A DNA stretch of 64,000 nt from the NCBI GenBank assembly GCA_051294905.1, contig CM119381.1:19282001-19346000 (forward strand). The letters are read 5' to 3'. Positions 1 to 12,200 of this stretch are shown here, piece after piece. Under the pieces are notes generated by a model. That model had not been told where the DNA came from. It saw only the letters and a program-made list of their open reading frames with translations, and ran no database searches. Position 1 is the stretch's first letter; the number at the start of each line of letters is the position of its first letter. Made by a program: the position numbers and the translations under genes. The DNA is from Botryllus schlosseri (Eukaryota).

Positions 1-3000
1 CAGATTCAGAGTGTGATAGATCGCTTTTATCTTGCGTACCTGACAAAAAATGAATTTGTCTCAAGGTATTTTTGCAGCAAATGAGCAACGATCATTTACG
101 CTAAGCAAGTAACGATTGTGCACACATAATGAGTTACATTCATGGTAACGATTTTCTGAAGATAACAATAGCTCTCCGTGTCAATACCTTAGTGCGTGGA
201 TAAGAAGCTATGCAGGATAAAGGAAGATATCAGAATGGCTTGTTAACAAATGTCTCGATGCTGCATACATGGCGACATGACTGACAAATAAGAGAATGTA
301 ACGTCCTACATCAAAATTTTCCATCATATCTTTGCGATGATTTCACCAATATAAATAATGCAAATCCACCTAAAATCTAAATTCTGTTTAGCAGAATTTG
401 AAAGGTAGAAAGTAAGTACGGCTAGTTAATCAGTGAAAGTATATGGAGTGTCTCAAGTACGACTGAAAATGTGGGTGTTGTCTGTTACTGATCAAATCCA
501 GCGCCACAACAGCAGAGATGTGATACCTCATCATAAAAACCAAACACAAGACTTACTTTAATATTCCAAATTCTCAGATGTTGGGCGACCCTTTCAAGAA
601 CCTGCGCTCTGTGATCATCGGTCTCTTTCAGAACCTTAAAAAAGGAAATAAGTTGAGGGTGTACCAGGAAATAAGCTGAAAGCGCATCCGCACAGCTGTT
701 TCAAGAGTTTGCAGTTAACGCCAACAATCTAGTGATAGAGCAAACATTTGAAATCAACAAACTGCAGAATACAGTCATATGGTCTGTGAAAGTCATATGA
801 CTTGCGATTCAAAGGAAATGGAACCGACAACACAATTTGTCAATACAGCACGAACTGAATGATAGGTGCACACGTTGAAAGCTAAATATCAATATTGATT
901 GTACTCAACGTAGGCCACCAAAAATGCTATTCCCGAGCCGGCATTTTAGGCACACAACCTGTTTAACAGTTTTATGAGGACATACAGCATACTGTTAGCA
1001 CATTAAGTATCAAATTTCCGAAAGACATTTCCTGGTATATGACTCAATATATTGGCAGGGAATGCGATTTCCATACATAGTAACCGCCACACAATAGGCT
1101 TACATGCTTCATGTCCGCGATTCTTCGAGATATTCCCTCACACGTCGATAGCCGTTCAGAAGCCCTTTCGGGACAAGGATAGATAACCGCTCTCAGGCTG
1201 GTAAAAGAGGAATTTGGGAACATTCGTGTTTTGTTTGTTCATTTGAACAAATCGAGTAATTATGACATCATCAATCGACCAACCTTTCCCCAATCTTCTT
1301 CACCCTGCCCTTCAATCTGTCGCCTTGGAAGAACACGATGAAGACACACTTGTCAACCTCTTCTCCCTGGAATAGGATTTTTTCAGTAAAATTCTTTCAA
1401 CTAAGAACGAAACTGAACAACTGTCAAATTTACAGTGTATGGGTCCTCGAAAGGCTCGGGTATGTCGGTGTAGCGCATGAAGACATTTCCCCTGCAGGCA
1501 CGCCACAGAATTCTTTCAAATCCATACACTTTGCTACGCGGTATCACTCCAGTGATAAACCTTAAAAATTAACAGAAATACATTTGATGAAACCATAAAC
1601 TTTCAAACTGCATCTTCAACTTTTAGTACTGGGATAACAAGTGAAACTTCTGAGGAGCAAATGACTAAATTTCGCAAAGCAATGAGAAAGCTAAATTGCA
1701 TAACTTTCAAGACCATAAACGTAATCGGTTTTTAATTTTATAGAAAGGGTTAGTCTCGAAAAAACTTGGATGTAATGCTTGTACAGGTTAAGCTTAAATC
1801 ACCGGATATACTACTGTGCAAGCGTCTTACAGTGTGAACAGAAAACACACAAACAAATGTGTAACCTGATTCATCAATATTCTGCATTGCGTACTCGGAC
1901 TGCCTTCCTAATGTGCAAACAGTATTTGTCAGTGAACCAATACACAGATATCAAGTTCGCGCAGTACGGTAATTGACAAAGCAGCAGTTAAAAATGGTTG
2001 CACCCGATGCTTCACGATACCACATACAACTATTTGTATAGATCAAAGGAGTAGGCAAGTTTTTAGTTCGAGGGTCGCATCGCATTCAACATCTGAATAC
2101 TTTTTTTAATTTATCAATATTCTTCAACAATTCTCCAGGGTTCCATGGACCGCACAAGAAGTTGTCGCGTGCCGAATGCGTATGGCACGCTGGCATTAGT
2201 GTCACCACTTCCAGTATAGATTGAAGAATATTGGAATAGCATCGGTAACATAGCTTTCTCCAGGTTGCCTAGTTATGTGTTCAGTTGTTTATCAACCTAA
2301 ATCCTTACGAAGCTAATCTATCCACGAACACATTGCAAACAGTTTGGAAAACCAACAATAAACCGAAAATTGCCAAACCGACAAAACTATTACCCGAGAT
2401 TCAAAGTCTGATTCAAGCCTTCTTCGTCACGTATTTGCCGGCGGTCAACTTCTTCAAAGAAGTAGCTGGCCTGACGTAGCACGTGCTTCATCTCAATCAA
2501 TTCCAGATAAGATCTCTTGATTGCTTCTTGGTTGGTGTTGACTTCTTTCATTTCGTTCTCCAGTTTTTCCAGCTCATCCTGCGGTTTGAAAAGATAAAAG
2601 TTTGTGAGCTATTGGAGCAGCTATACAACATGTAATAATTTTACAATAATAACTCTCATTGTGTTGGGCGGCAAATGGGACACGTGGCTCTGTGATTGAG
2701 CTGTGTCTGGATTAATCTAGCTGGCCCGCGCCTTATGATATTCCAGTTGTTATGATTTAATTTGCAAGTTTACGGCATAAGGCTTGGAAACTACAGCCCG
2801 TCGAAGAAAGTCAAAAAATTGAAACTATACCTCAAGCTCTGTCATCTCTTTCGGCAAAGGGGCAGGAGGATTTTCACCATCATCCACAATCGGTATATTG
2901 TCCTTCAGGAACTCCCGTTCCAAAAACCCTGATAAAATCAAAAAAGATTGATTATGAAGCATCAAAGGCATGAGACGGAGATCTCTTTCACTGACGTATT

Positions 3001-3268
3001 TTCCTTTCCATTTCATCGCATCTTCTAACTTCGTTGACAAATCTCCGCTGGAAAGCATTGACATCGGGATTCAACTGAACAGAAGACGCGTACAACGATT
3101 ATTAAGTACAAATGCACTGACAATAATAACAGTCATATAATAAAAACTAACGTCTCGGAATTGAACTAGACCCAGTTCTCCAAGCTCACTGATGCATGAA
3201 TATGCGGTTTCACTCTGCAGATAGAGCTGTGCCAAGCACATTTTCTCACTCCGGAACAGACTTCCCAT
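1..3268 (-). CDS. ATP6V0A: V-type H+-ATPase V0 subunit a paralog, 5' part (9 exons visible; continues beyond window start)
   Basis: GT-AG exons 3152-3268, 2996-3074, 2831-2928, 2394-2578, 1434-1560, 1284-1366, 1104-1197, 557-634 and 1-39 join in frame: [20 protein letters not shown]..., [69 protein letters not shown]. Exon sizes 117/79/98/127/83/94/78 match the second copy in this window. Confidence 0.96.
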
Positions 3269-5117
3269 GTTTCAAGTTGTGCGACTCGGCACTGGTTTGA
3301 AATATGAGCCACTGCCAAATCTGTCACTTAAAAATTTCTGCAAAATCACACATGAAACTTTAGGGAGGACACGAGATGTCAGTCAAATCAAGGCAAAAGT
3401 ATGACCAAGATAAGGAAAATACTTTCATCAAACGGAATAGATACAAAGCAGAGAATTTCTGGATGTCTCATGTCTACAACTATATCCGGTAATTCTTAAT
3501 ACATGTCAAGAATTTGTTGGTCCAGTGGGAACATTCACAAGATGTTTGTTATGATACAGTCACAATCGACTGGTTAGGAATGCACAAAAATATTGTTGGT
3601 AAACCTTTGGACTCATGGGGTTAGGTAGGGTGTCAGTTACTTTGGCATTGAAAATAATTTCAAGCATTCTCCATCAGGTCAGAACAAGTGCATGAAAGTG
3701 TGACGTTATCATTAGCGTAAAATAAATAGATCGCAGTTACTAGCTATTTATGAAATGTCTCGCAAATAATTGGGCAAATTCCACTTACGCTAGATAATCA
3801 GTGATCACTGATCAGGGATCACCAAAATCAAAATGTTACGTTTATCTACTATAGAGGAATTGATATTCATACTTTCCAATCCATCATGTAATAAAAATGA
3901 GAACTAACATGATTCTTTCAAACATGGTAAGTCATAAGCTCAATAGGTGCCGTATCTTCAACAGCCAAAGATTTTCTAAAATTACGAAATGCTCCTAAAT
4001 AACACCGGTCTAAATAACTCGCATGTAAATTCATTTTCTGCTTTCTCTCCGACTGTAAACACGTGATTGCACACTGCACTGTGCACACACCCTGCTGCAT
4101 TTCATCAGCGTATTGTTAATCACGCTGTCCATCTACTTTATACCATTATATCCAGCCATGCCATGCTATGCCCTGTCAGTCAACACAGCACAGGGTACGT
4201 ACAGTACAACCGTTGCCGAAACTTTCTATCCCAAGTCAAGAGTCAGCTGATCATTAGGGAGTTGATATCAAAGAACGCCCTCTTATGGATGGCCGTTTTA
4301 AGTTGGATTCGCAAGTGATGTTACAATGCAATCGATAAGTTCAGCTGTATTCGAAGTAATCACCGTTGCTACCAGTGTTGGAACCATGGGACGACTCGAG
4401 TCAGCTTTTTCAGATGACTCGACTTGACTGGAGTCACTTTGTAAAGACGTCTTGACTTGACTCGGTGTTTTTTTAATGTGGATGATAGACACGTGACTCG
4501 AAGCAAAATTCAAGAGTCAATTTCAAGTCATCAAGTGATTGGTGTCGACAAATTCGCTGTACCTGTAGCCGAAGTGCATGCCGTTCTCGACACACTGATA
4601 TGACCTGTGGAAGCAACGAGTCATTTCGCGCGTTTACGTGTGCGGCCACTACTTGGCTTAGCCTGCATTGGCTGAGCCAAGGAATGGTGGCCGCGTTTCC
4701 ATGTACACATGTACAGTACATGATCACTTGATCAGCGACCATGAACATCGGTGAATAAAAATTGACAACTGGTACCGATACTTTGTGTTGAAAGTTCGTG
4801 CTGGAGGATATCGACATTAGAGTGCCTGTTACATAGTTCGTAGAATCCTATAGCTTTGAAAATGTTTCTGTCAAGATACCCGGAATAGTGAACATCAATT
4901 CAATGCCTATAGCGAAAATCTTCCAAAGGGAACTTTTGCAGTAGGGTGCTACAGCTTAGCTATAGATAGCATCAGGATTGTTGCTGATATGCCCTGTGAT
5001 TATAGCTTACGTTGTCGGACACTATAGTAGTAATATATCACAACATGTATTCCTGATCTACAGATTGCTCATCAGTGCTCATACCGACTCATTCTTGAAT
5101 ATGACAAACGTGTAGCA

Positions 5118-5783
5118 CAGGGGTTCTCAACCCGCGGTCCGCGACATTATGAACGTATTTACTACTGGCACCGTATTCTTGCATATTAATTTAGCTACTT
5201 GGCTCTCTTATCGTACCGTCTCTGTGTCGTTGGAATACTCATTATTTGATGTGTTCTGGTTTCTCGATATCTGCTCGAGTTAAGATTGTTTTTTTAATCG
5301 GCCTTCCTCTGAACTCTTTTTTAAGAGAATCCCGCTGCGTAGTACATTTTTAGAGAGTGTTTCACTCACCGTGAATGGTTTGAACAGAAAAAAGAAAAAG
5401 GAACGGGAAATTAAACGGCGGAAACTGTGTTTGTAACAGGCAACATTACAAAGCTGACTTCTGTAACTATTGCTGACCTCGAGACACCAGACTTTTTCTC
5501 TTATGACGGAGAGCTCAAAGTAACAAAAATGTTACCGTAATGCGCCGCTGGGAGACACATTATTCTCAAAAAAAAGCAACTATGCAAACTTACGAACGCT
5601 GTCCATCATTGCTTTGGAATGCATAAAAGGGTACTAAACGCCCGTATAGGACTGGTAAATAGGCTATACAGTAGCGTAAATTTAATAGTAGCCCGCAAAT
5701 ACATAGTAATAATGTTCTGCGGCCCGCGGCGTCTTTTGCTGGTAAAATGCGGCCCGTTATACACGGGAAGTTGAGAACCCCTG
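5118..5783. mobile_element. hAT (Buster/Charlie-type) MITE, 666 bp
   Basis: TIRs CAGGGGTTCTCAAC / GTTGAGAACCCCTG; exact 8-bp TSD GTGTAGCA (5110-5117, 5784-5791); GCGGCCCG subterminal motifs. Confidence 0.92.
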
Positions 5784-5794
5784 GTGTAGCATCT

Positions 5795-6010
5795 CAAAGT
5801 ACCGCCGATATGTAGAATGTAGATGATACTTTCGTCATATTCAAGAATGAGTCGGAATGTGTGTGAATGTGACCAAGTCCTCGTTCCTTTCAACTCGTTT
5901 CATCCTGCCAATAGATTCACAATCGAAAAAGAACGGAATAGATCATTGTCCTTTTTGAATATTTTGGTCGAAAAGCACGATAACAATAATTTTTTTAAAA
6001 TTGTTTCGCG
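5795..6010 (+). pseudogene. Penelope-like retroelement reverse transcriptase remnant
   Basis: Degenerate RRYV..VDDTFVIFKNESEC followed by FNSFHPANRFTIEKERNRSLSFLNILV, typical of the PLE RT YxDD and thumb region; contains frameshifts. Confidence 0.8.
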
Positions 6011-6029
6011 CTAGGCGTGATTTACTGTT

Positions 6030-6740
6030 GCCACATAGGCCTATCTTGATTATTGGGTACCCCCCATGAAAAAATACGCATCATGGTTTATAGAAATGCG
6101 CATTTCGGCATCGGCCATTACCGCGCCTCGACGCACCAAGACATATGGAGCTTTAGGTCATGTAACATGCGACTTCGAGAAGTGTGCCAGAACGATCGGA
6201 AGCGAGAAAACTTTGGCCGAAAAAGACTGCCCTAATGCTGACCGAAAACTTCGATGTGTTTAATTGTCCATAAGCGCCTAAATAGCTGGCGCCGAATCTT
6301 CCTATTCTGACAATCTGAACCCCGCAAGACAAATGCCATCACACCGAGAAAAATGATTTACCAGTGAAGTGATACCAATTTGAAGTCGTGTGCGTCTTTA
6401 GTACTTTGGGCAATTTCAATATCTTTTGACATAGCAGACAGGAGGTCACGAAATAAAAATAACAACATGTAACCAAGTCATTACCAACGGGTCCGCCCGG
6501 ATATGTTACCCGCTTGTATTGGCCGATTCGATCATAATTATAAAAGATTTTCGCGTTTTCGCGCGGTTAGGCGATATATGCTGTCTCACTAGGAGTACAA
6601 CAAATCTCGTCTATCAGTAAAGTGGGCCTAATGTACAGCCTGATGAGGGGTCTGGAGGGCAAAGCGCCCCATGGGTTTATCACCCTATGGGGGCCGATAC
6701 CAACGTTTTGGGGGGCTTTACGAAGGGCTGTTTCGGTCTT
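6030..6740. repeat. Interspersed non-autonomous DNA repeat (possibly Harbinger-like), also found at ~42400-43735 and ~59600-60370
   Basis: 6120-6300 is the reverse complement of ~43300-43520. The module GGCCCCCATAGGGT recurs at ~6670 (reverse), ~42456 and ~59617, with a variant at ~42820. It interrupts the Penelope remnant. Confidence 0.6.
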
Positions 6741-6764
6741 GTGTATGAATATGATAAATATAAT

Positions 6765-7112
6765 AAGTGTCACTGTGATTGTGGCTACGTGGGAAGAACA
6801 ACACATCGTTTGTAGGACCACGTAAAACAGTATGTCCCTTGATTTATTAGAACACGCACGTCACGCTCGGAGAAATGCTTACCCTTGACCTTGATCCTGA
6901 AGCTTGTTTGAGAACAGGCAATAAAGGTCATTCTGAATTCTGCCATTATTGGCAATCATTTGATGGATAATTCTGTTTGTGCGAAAAATTATTTTCGAGA
7001 TAGATTTCGCATGGTCGGGAGAGGCCGCGGCTCACACTTTCATTTGTGTATCTTGAAGTTGACTTTTATCAAAATACGCCAACAAAGTCTGTGCCAATAG
7101 AAGGAGTTCGTG
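6765..7112 (+). pseudogene. Penelope-like GIY-YIG endonuclease remnant
   Basis: KCHCDCGYVGRTTHRL*DHVKQYVP*...SAIIGNHLMDNSVCA...FHLCILKLTFIK...LCQ*KEFV: GIY-YIG and CCHH signature of PLEs, with stops. Same strand as the RT remnant. Confidence 0.8.
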
Positions 7113-7209
7113 CACCATCTGATTTCAAAGGCTGTCCTTCAAGTCGTTTTGATTCGATATACCTTCCTATCTTTTCCTTGTACCAATCAAGGATCATCCG
7201 AGAATTATC

Positions 7210-7852
7210 AACGAAAAACTCCAATAACTCCGCTTCTACTTGTTGGAATTGAGTCAAATTTGTTTTGCGTCTTCTCTGAAGACAGCTCAACAATTTCATG
7301 GGGTTGACAGAAAAATTTGAATTTGTTTTGAATTTGAACCAAATTTGGTGTGCAGCGTTTTTTAGGGTAACCTGACAATTTAATGACTGAATGGCTGGAA
7401 TCCAGAAAAAAATGTTTTTTTTGAACAGCCCTAATGCACACTTTGAGTTGAGTATGAACATTCCAAAACATCCCAGAATTTTCATTTCTTTATTTTCTCA
7501 ATTTTATTCGATGTTGTGAGCATTCGATTCCCTAACGAATCCAGAGGTGGTCAATACTTTTAGTTTAGAAGTACTCAAGAAGTGGATTTCGCCTATTCCC
7601 GCTAGTTACTCAATTTGTTATGTTTTTAGACTACTTCCTCGTCTACTGGAACAATTTTTTGGTAAAAATACTTATAGAATAGAATAATATATTCATATTT
7701 TTTAAATTTTCCTGTTTAAACTGAAAATTTTAATTGGATCTGCGGAGCCCTATACTTGTTAGAATTGAACCAAATTTGGTGTGCAGCGTAAACCTGACAA
7801 TTTAATGACTGAATGGCTGGAATCCAGAAAAAAGTTATTTTTGAACAGCCCT
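7210..7852. repeat. Two truncated halves of a palindromic MITE family related to 20181-20837
   Basis: CAATAACTCCGCTTC..GGAATTGA.., AACCAAATTTGGTGTG and ends ..TTTTGAACAGCCC at ~7431 and ~7851 match the right arm of the 20.2-kb MITE. Confidence 0.65.
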
Positions 7853-8588
7853 GTGCATATATAGGAATAGCTCTGGACGTCCGACTCATATCAAGTCTGA
7901 TTTACAACCAGTATAGCAGGGACGGGCAACTTCTCCGCAGTCGGCGGGCCAGATATGTGAAAATGAAGTAGTTGGCGGGCAGGATTCCTGAATCGTTACA
8001 TGAATCGCTTATTTATCCACCTAAAAGGAATAAATCGTAAACTTTAGGTTTAAAGCATAGCAACAGTATTTAATGAATTTATTATCATAATGTACTTCAA
8101 TAGCTGTTAAAGGTAATGAGACATTTATGATCGATCAAAGGTGTGAAAAAATTCTTTGATCTCTGGCTACATGTCGGACGTAGAAACCCTTAGTAAAGAA
8201 TGCACGTCAACGTCAGTTTGATTGGAACGCAGATTTTGTCTTGTTAATGTAGGCTATACATGGAAATGTTTAGTCGCAAATGTACCCTATGTAAACCCGC
8301 GGGACACATTATCACGTAATGCCGGAGACTAGGGATGGTGTGAACGTGAGGTTCACGTTCGCGTTCTGTGTGTGAACCTCGGAAATTCAGAGGTTCGCGT
8401 TCACAACAGAACCTTGATAGGTTCTGCACTGTGAACCTTTTTAATATATTACAATTTTCACTTTATTGTGACATCTTTAGTACGAATTTATTGCATTTCA
8501 ACTGCGGGCCACTCTATGCATGGCGCTGGCAGCAAAAAATCAACACAAAACGAATATGCACCTTGACAGTCTATAAGACTTTACTTGC

Positions 8589-8968
8589 TGTCCTGAGGGA
8601 CGAGTTTCAGCTCTTTGACCGAGCTGGACGAGAGTATCTGGCTGATAGTATGTATGACTGACTTCCGATATTCCTAACTAGCTTGCCAATCCAGAGACAG
8701 TGTCTTTCCGGTACTTTGTATTGACGAACAGTGAGCACGGATCAACTAACCCAACTGATAACAAGACGTTAAAAAATACTTGCAATACTGCAAAATAAGA
8801 ATACATCACGTCAGTGCCCTACCAAACGAGGAGCTACTCATGACCATGCTTACTACACGGCCGTCGAAAGAAAGAGTGAAACGTGGTCGTGCTTCTTCTG
8901 CCGTCCGATGAGGCGAGTCGAGCGTGACCATTGTGACGAACGAATAGTGTTAAAGAACCACCGTGACA
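8589..8968 (-). repeat. 3' LTR (380 bp)
   Basis: TGTCCTGAGG...CCGTGACA; direct repeat of 12742-13121. Confidence 0.96.
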
Positions 8969-9294
8969 TAGCCGGCCCTGTTGGGAATTGTGAATACGAG
9001 ACATTAATCAATGAGCAACAAATCTGTGGGAATGGTGGTGACCTAGATATGAAATAGGGCGGCAGAAATTAAAAAAATGTTCACAACCAGACTTGCATTA
9101 CATGACACGAAATCTAGTACTGCCCCAGACGACACAAATTTCTAATGCCGCGACTATAGGGGTGCGGGCAGTCACCGCCCTGTGGCAAAGGCCAATGTGG
9201 CTGGCAGTTATCAGCAAACGACGAAATAGAAGCGACAGTGGTGCTCTAAATATGAATAAGGCGGCAGGCAACAAAACTAAGGAAATAATTTGAC

Positions 9295-12200
9295 TCAAAT
9301 ACGCATCCAATGCATCGCGCAGAATTTTCTGTATGATCGTGTTGTAGGAGAGAGTAAGCCTGACATAACGACTTGCGCATACTCCCGAAAATGATTTTCG
9401 TTCATCTTCTTGTATTTGCGGAATAATTCTGGTTCCTTGACGACCTTTGAACACTGAGTTTCGAGCGACTTCTTAACTGCTCCTCGGTCGTAAGGCAATT
9501 TTTTCTCCTCCATCCGCCATGGGAGGCCAACTTGAAATTGATTGTTCATGATGGGCGCGGGTTCATTCATAGCGGCGAGGGCCTGCTCGTCTTCGATAGA
9601 GTTCTTTGATTCGTAGGGGTCGGTACAAATGTCAGAAAAATCGGCATTACAAATAGAAGACATTGGCAATACAGGCGAGACACATTGTTTGGAGAAAGTA
9701 TCGACATGTACGAAATTTGCATTAACAAAATTAACACTATCGCGCGCGGGGGCACTCTTGGAGAGTGATTTGTCAAGGCCGCCCAAGCACCAGCCGAAAA
9801 CTGATAGCTTGGCACCTGGCAGTTCATTTTGCGGTGGTATTACTTCGGTGCAGGGGTAACTCGTGAGGAAATCGTTACCCACAAGGAGATCGACATCGCT
9901 TGTCTGAGCGATAGGAATGCTTATGTGGCTGAGGTGATCGCACGCTGCGATGGTATCGGCATTTGGCGCGTGAACGTTGACGTTCGGAAAATACGGGGTT
10001 GACAGCACGTCTTCGAGATTAATGACCGTGCTCTGATCGAGGCCCTGCACCGAAAGCGACACAAATTGCGCGGCGCCCCCAGCAATGCCAGTTGCAGTTT
10101 CCATTTCATGGTCAATTTGATCACCATGAACATTCAATTTTTCTAGGAGGCGCTCGGTACAGATGCACGTGCCGCATCCAGGATCTAGAAAGGCGTTAGT
10201 AATCATTACCGCATTCGAATCGGCGGACGTGATTTTTACTGGAACGACAGATAGCCGCACAGGGTTCTTAATCATAGTTGCCGATGCCAGCATGGCGTTT
10301 ACATTGGCAATTTCGGTAGGCCTATTATGGCAATTTGTGACGTGCCTTGTCACATTTTGAAATGCTCCATGAAGGAGGCTGTGATGCGGTGAGCCGCAAT
10401 TATCGATATGACATCGATAACTCGATCCGCAACTATGGTGATCGTGACCGTAGCTCAAACAATTGGTGCAGAGCGATTTTTCTTCCACGTATGCGTTGCG
10501 ATCGGTCGGGGTCTTCTCTCTGAAAGCGTCACATCTGTAGAGAGGGTGAGCGCCGTTGCAGAGTAGGCAAGGAGGCAGCTTTTGGTGAGAAGTACTGCGT
10601 CTTTGGACGTTGTGCTCGGGAAAGTGTATCGATGCGGCATGCACTTTCACTCTAGTCTTTGGCGGAATGTACCTCGAATTCGGCAGGCTATAGACGAATT
10701 GTGCGGTTGGAGTTCTTGAGGTGTCGGCTGCGCGTTGTACGAAGTCGACGAAATCTTCAAACGTTACGTTGGAGCCTTTCATTTTTTCTTCGTGTTGGCC
10801 CAGGAACCGTTGTAGGAAGTATTTAGGGTAGCGACCCATTATCTCATGAAGAACTCCCAGTGCATTGACTTGAGTCATGGCTTTGCACTGTGTGAGGACG
10901 TGTCTGGCAGACCGCAACTGGTCGGAGGCCTCTATCAGTGATTGTCTATTATTAGGGTCGACCGGGTCCCCATTTCTTAATTGATCAATGAATGCGTTGG
11001 TAACATAGGAATTGCGCCCATAGTTATCATGCAGGATTTTGCGTGCATGTGTATACGCCTGCTTGTCATGACGACCAGCGCGGCAGCCTGCGACAGCTGC
11101 CTTGGCAGGGCCAGTACAGTATAAAATGAGCTTGTTCAACTTAATTCTATCAGGATGAATTTCACTAGGATCTACACCTTGGGGTTCGAAGGCGCTATCA
11201 AACTCGTTGATGAACCGGTGATAGTCTAGAGGGTCTCCGTTGAAAGAGGAGACTGAGATCGTTTGAAGGTCGAAACCACGTTTGATGGAGCCCAATATAT
11301 TGTTCCACGGGTTATTATGGTTATCATTATGGCGTGTACCCGAACTATAACCCGACACTGGCATTGAAGGACCAAAATTTTCTGAAGTTTGCTGGCTATA
11401 CTCGACAGGAATATGGCCACCGCTGTGTACAACAGGCGGGAAGTCATCTAGAGGACGTGGGGCGAGACCGGCATTAGTTATAATCGGGTTACCAAAATTA
11501 TATGGTTGTGAGTAGCTAGAATCAATGGGGATACGGCTGGCATTGTGGGCCGCATCCGCAAAACCAGTCTGTACAGGAGGCGAAACTATCCCGTCCATGG
11601 GCATTGCCGGCCCAGTAGGGATGCGCTGATAGGCAGCTTGAGGGTATGGCGTTTGACTATAATCACGAGCCTGGCCATGAGACCGAGCTTCCAGGCCGCT
11701 GTCGGTCGCCGGGTCGCTATAATCATATAAGCGGGCCGAACTTGGTTCAAATTTTATATAACTTGCCGGTGCGGCCGACTGTCTAGTAGTCATCACAGGG
11801 TGAGTCACCGCCGGCCCATTAATGGGCCCCTGAGCAACACTGTTAAGTGTCACAGGTGCAGGCGTGTTCAGAGTCACAAAACTTTGCCCAAGGGTAGAAG
11901 GCATGTATAAAGGATCTGTACTCACTGCGCTGTTTACTGGGGCGACAGGCTCGACATACTGCGTCGCGACAGAACCACTACAGGTCGATTTGGCGTTGAT
12001 GATTTTCAATCTCTCAGTGGCTTCGAGGAGCTGTCGTTCGGTCGCGAGTTTCGATTCTTCACATCTAGCTTCAAGTTCGGCTTGTTTTTCCTCAGCTTCA
12101 AGTTCAAGTTTGGCTTGCTTTTCCTCAGCTTCAAGTTCAAGTTTGGCTCGTTTGGCCTCAGCTTCGGCACGCTTCGCCTCGGCTTTTAATTTCGATTGTT

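Noticed and set aside
1780-2270. Coding-looking sequence inside the 1561-2393 intron of the V-ATPase paralog
   Set aside because: The frames examined stop within ~70 codons or give no recognisable product, and the host gene is complete without it.
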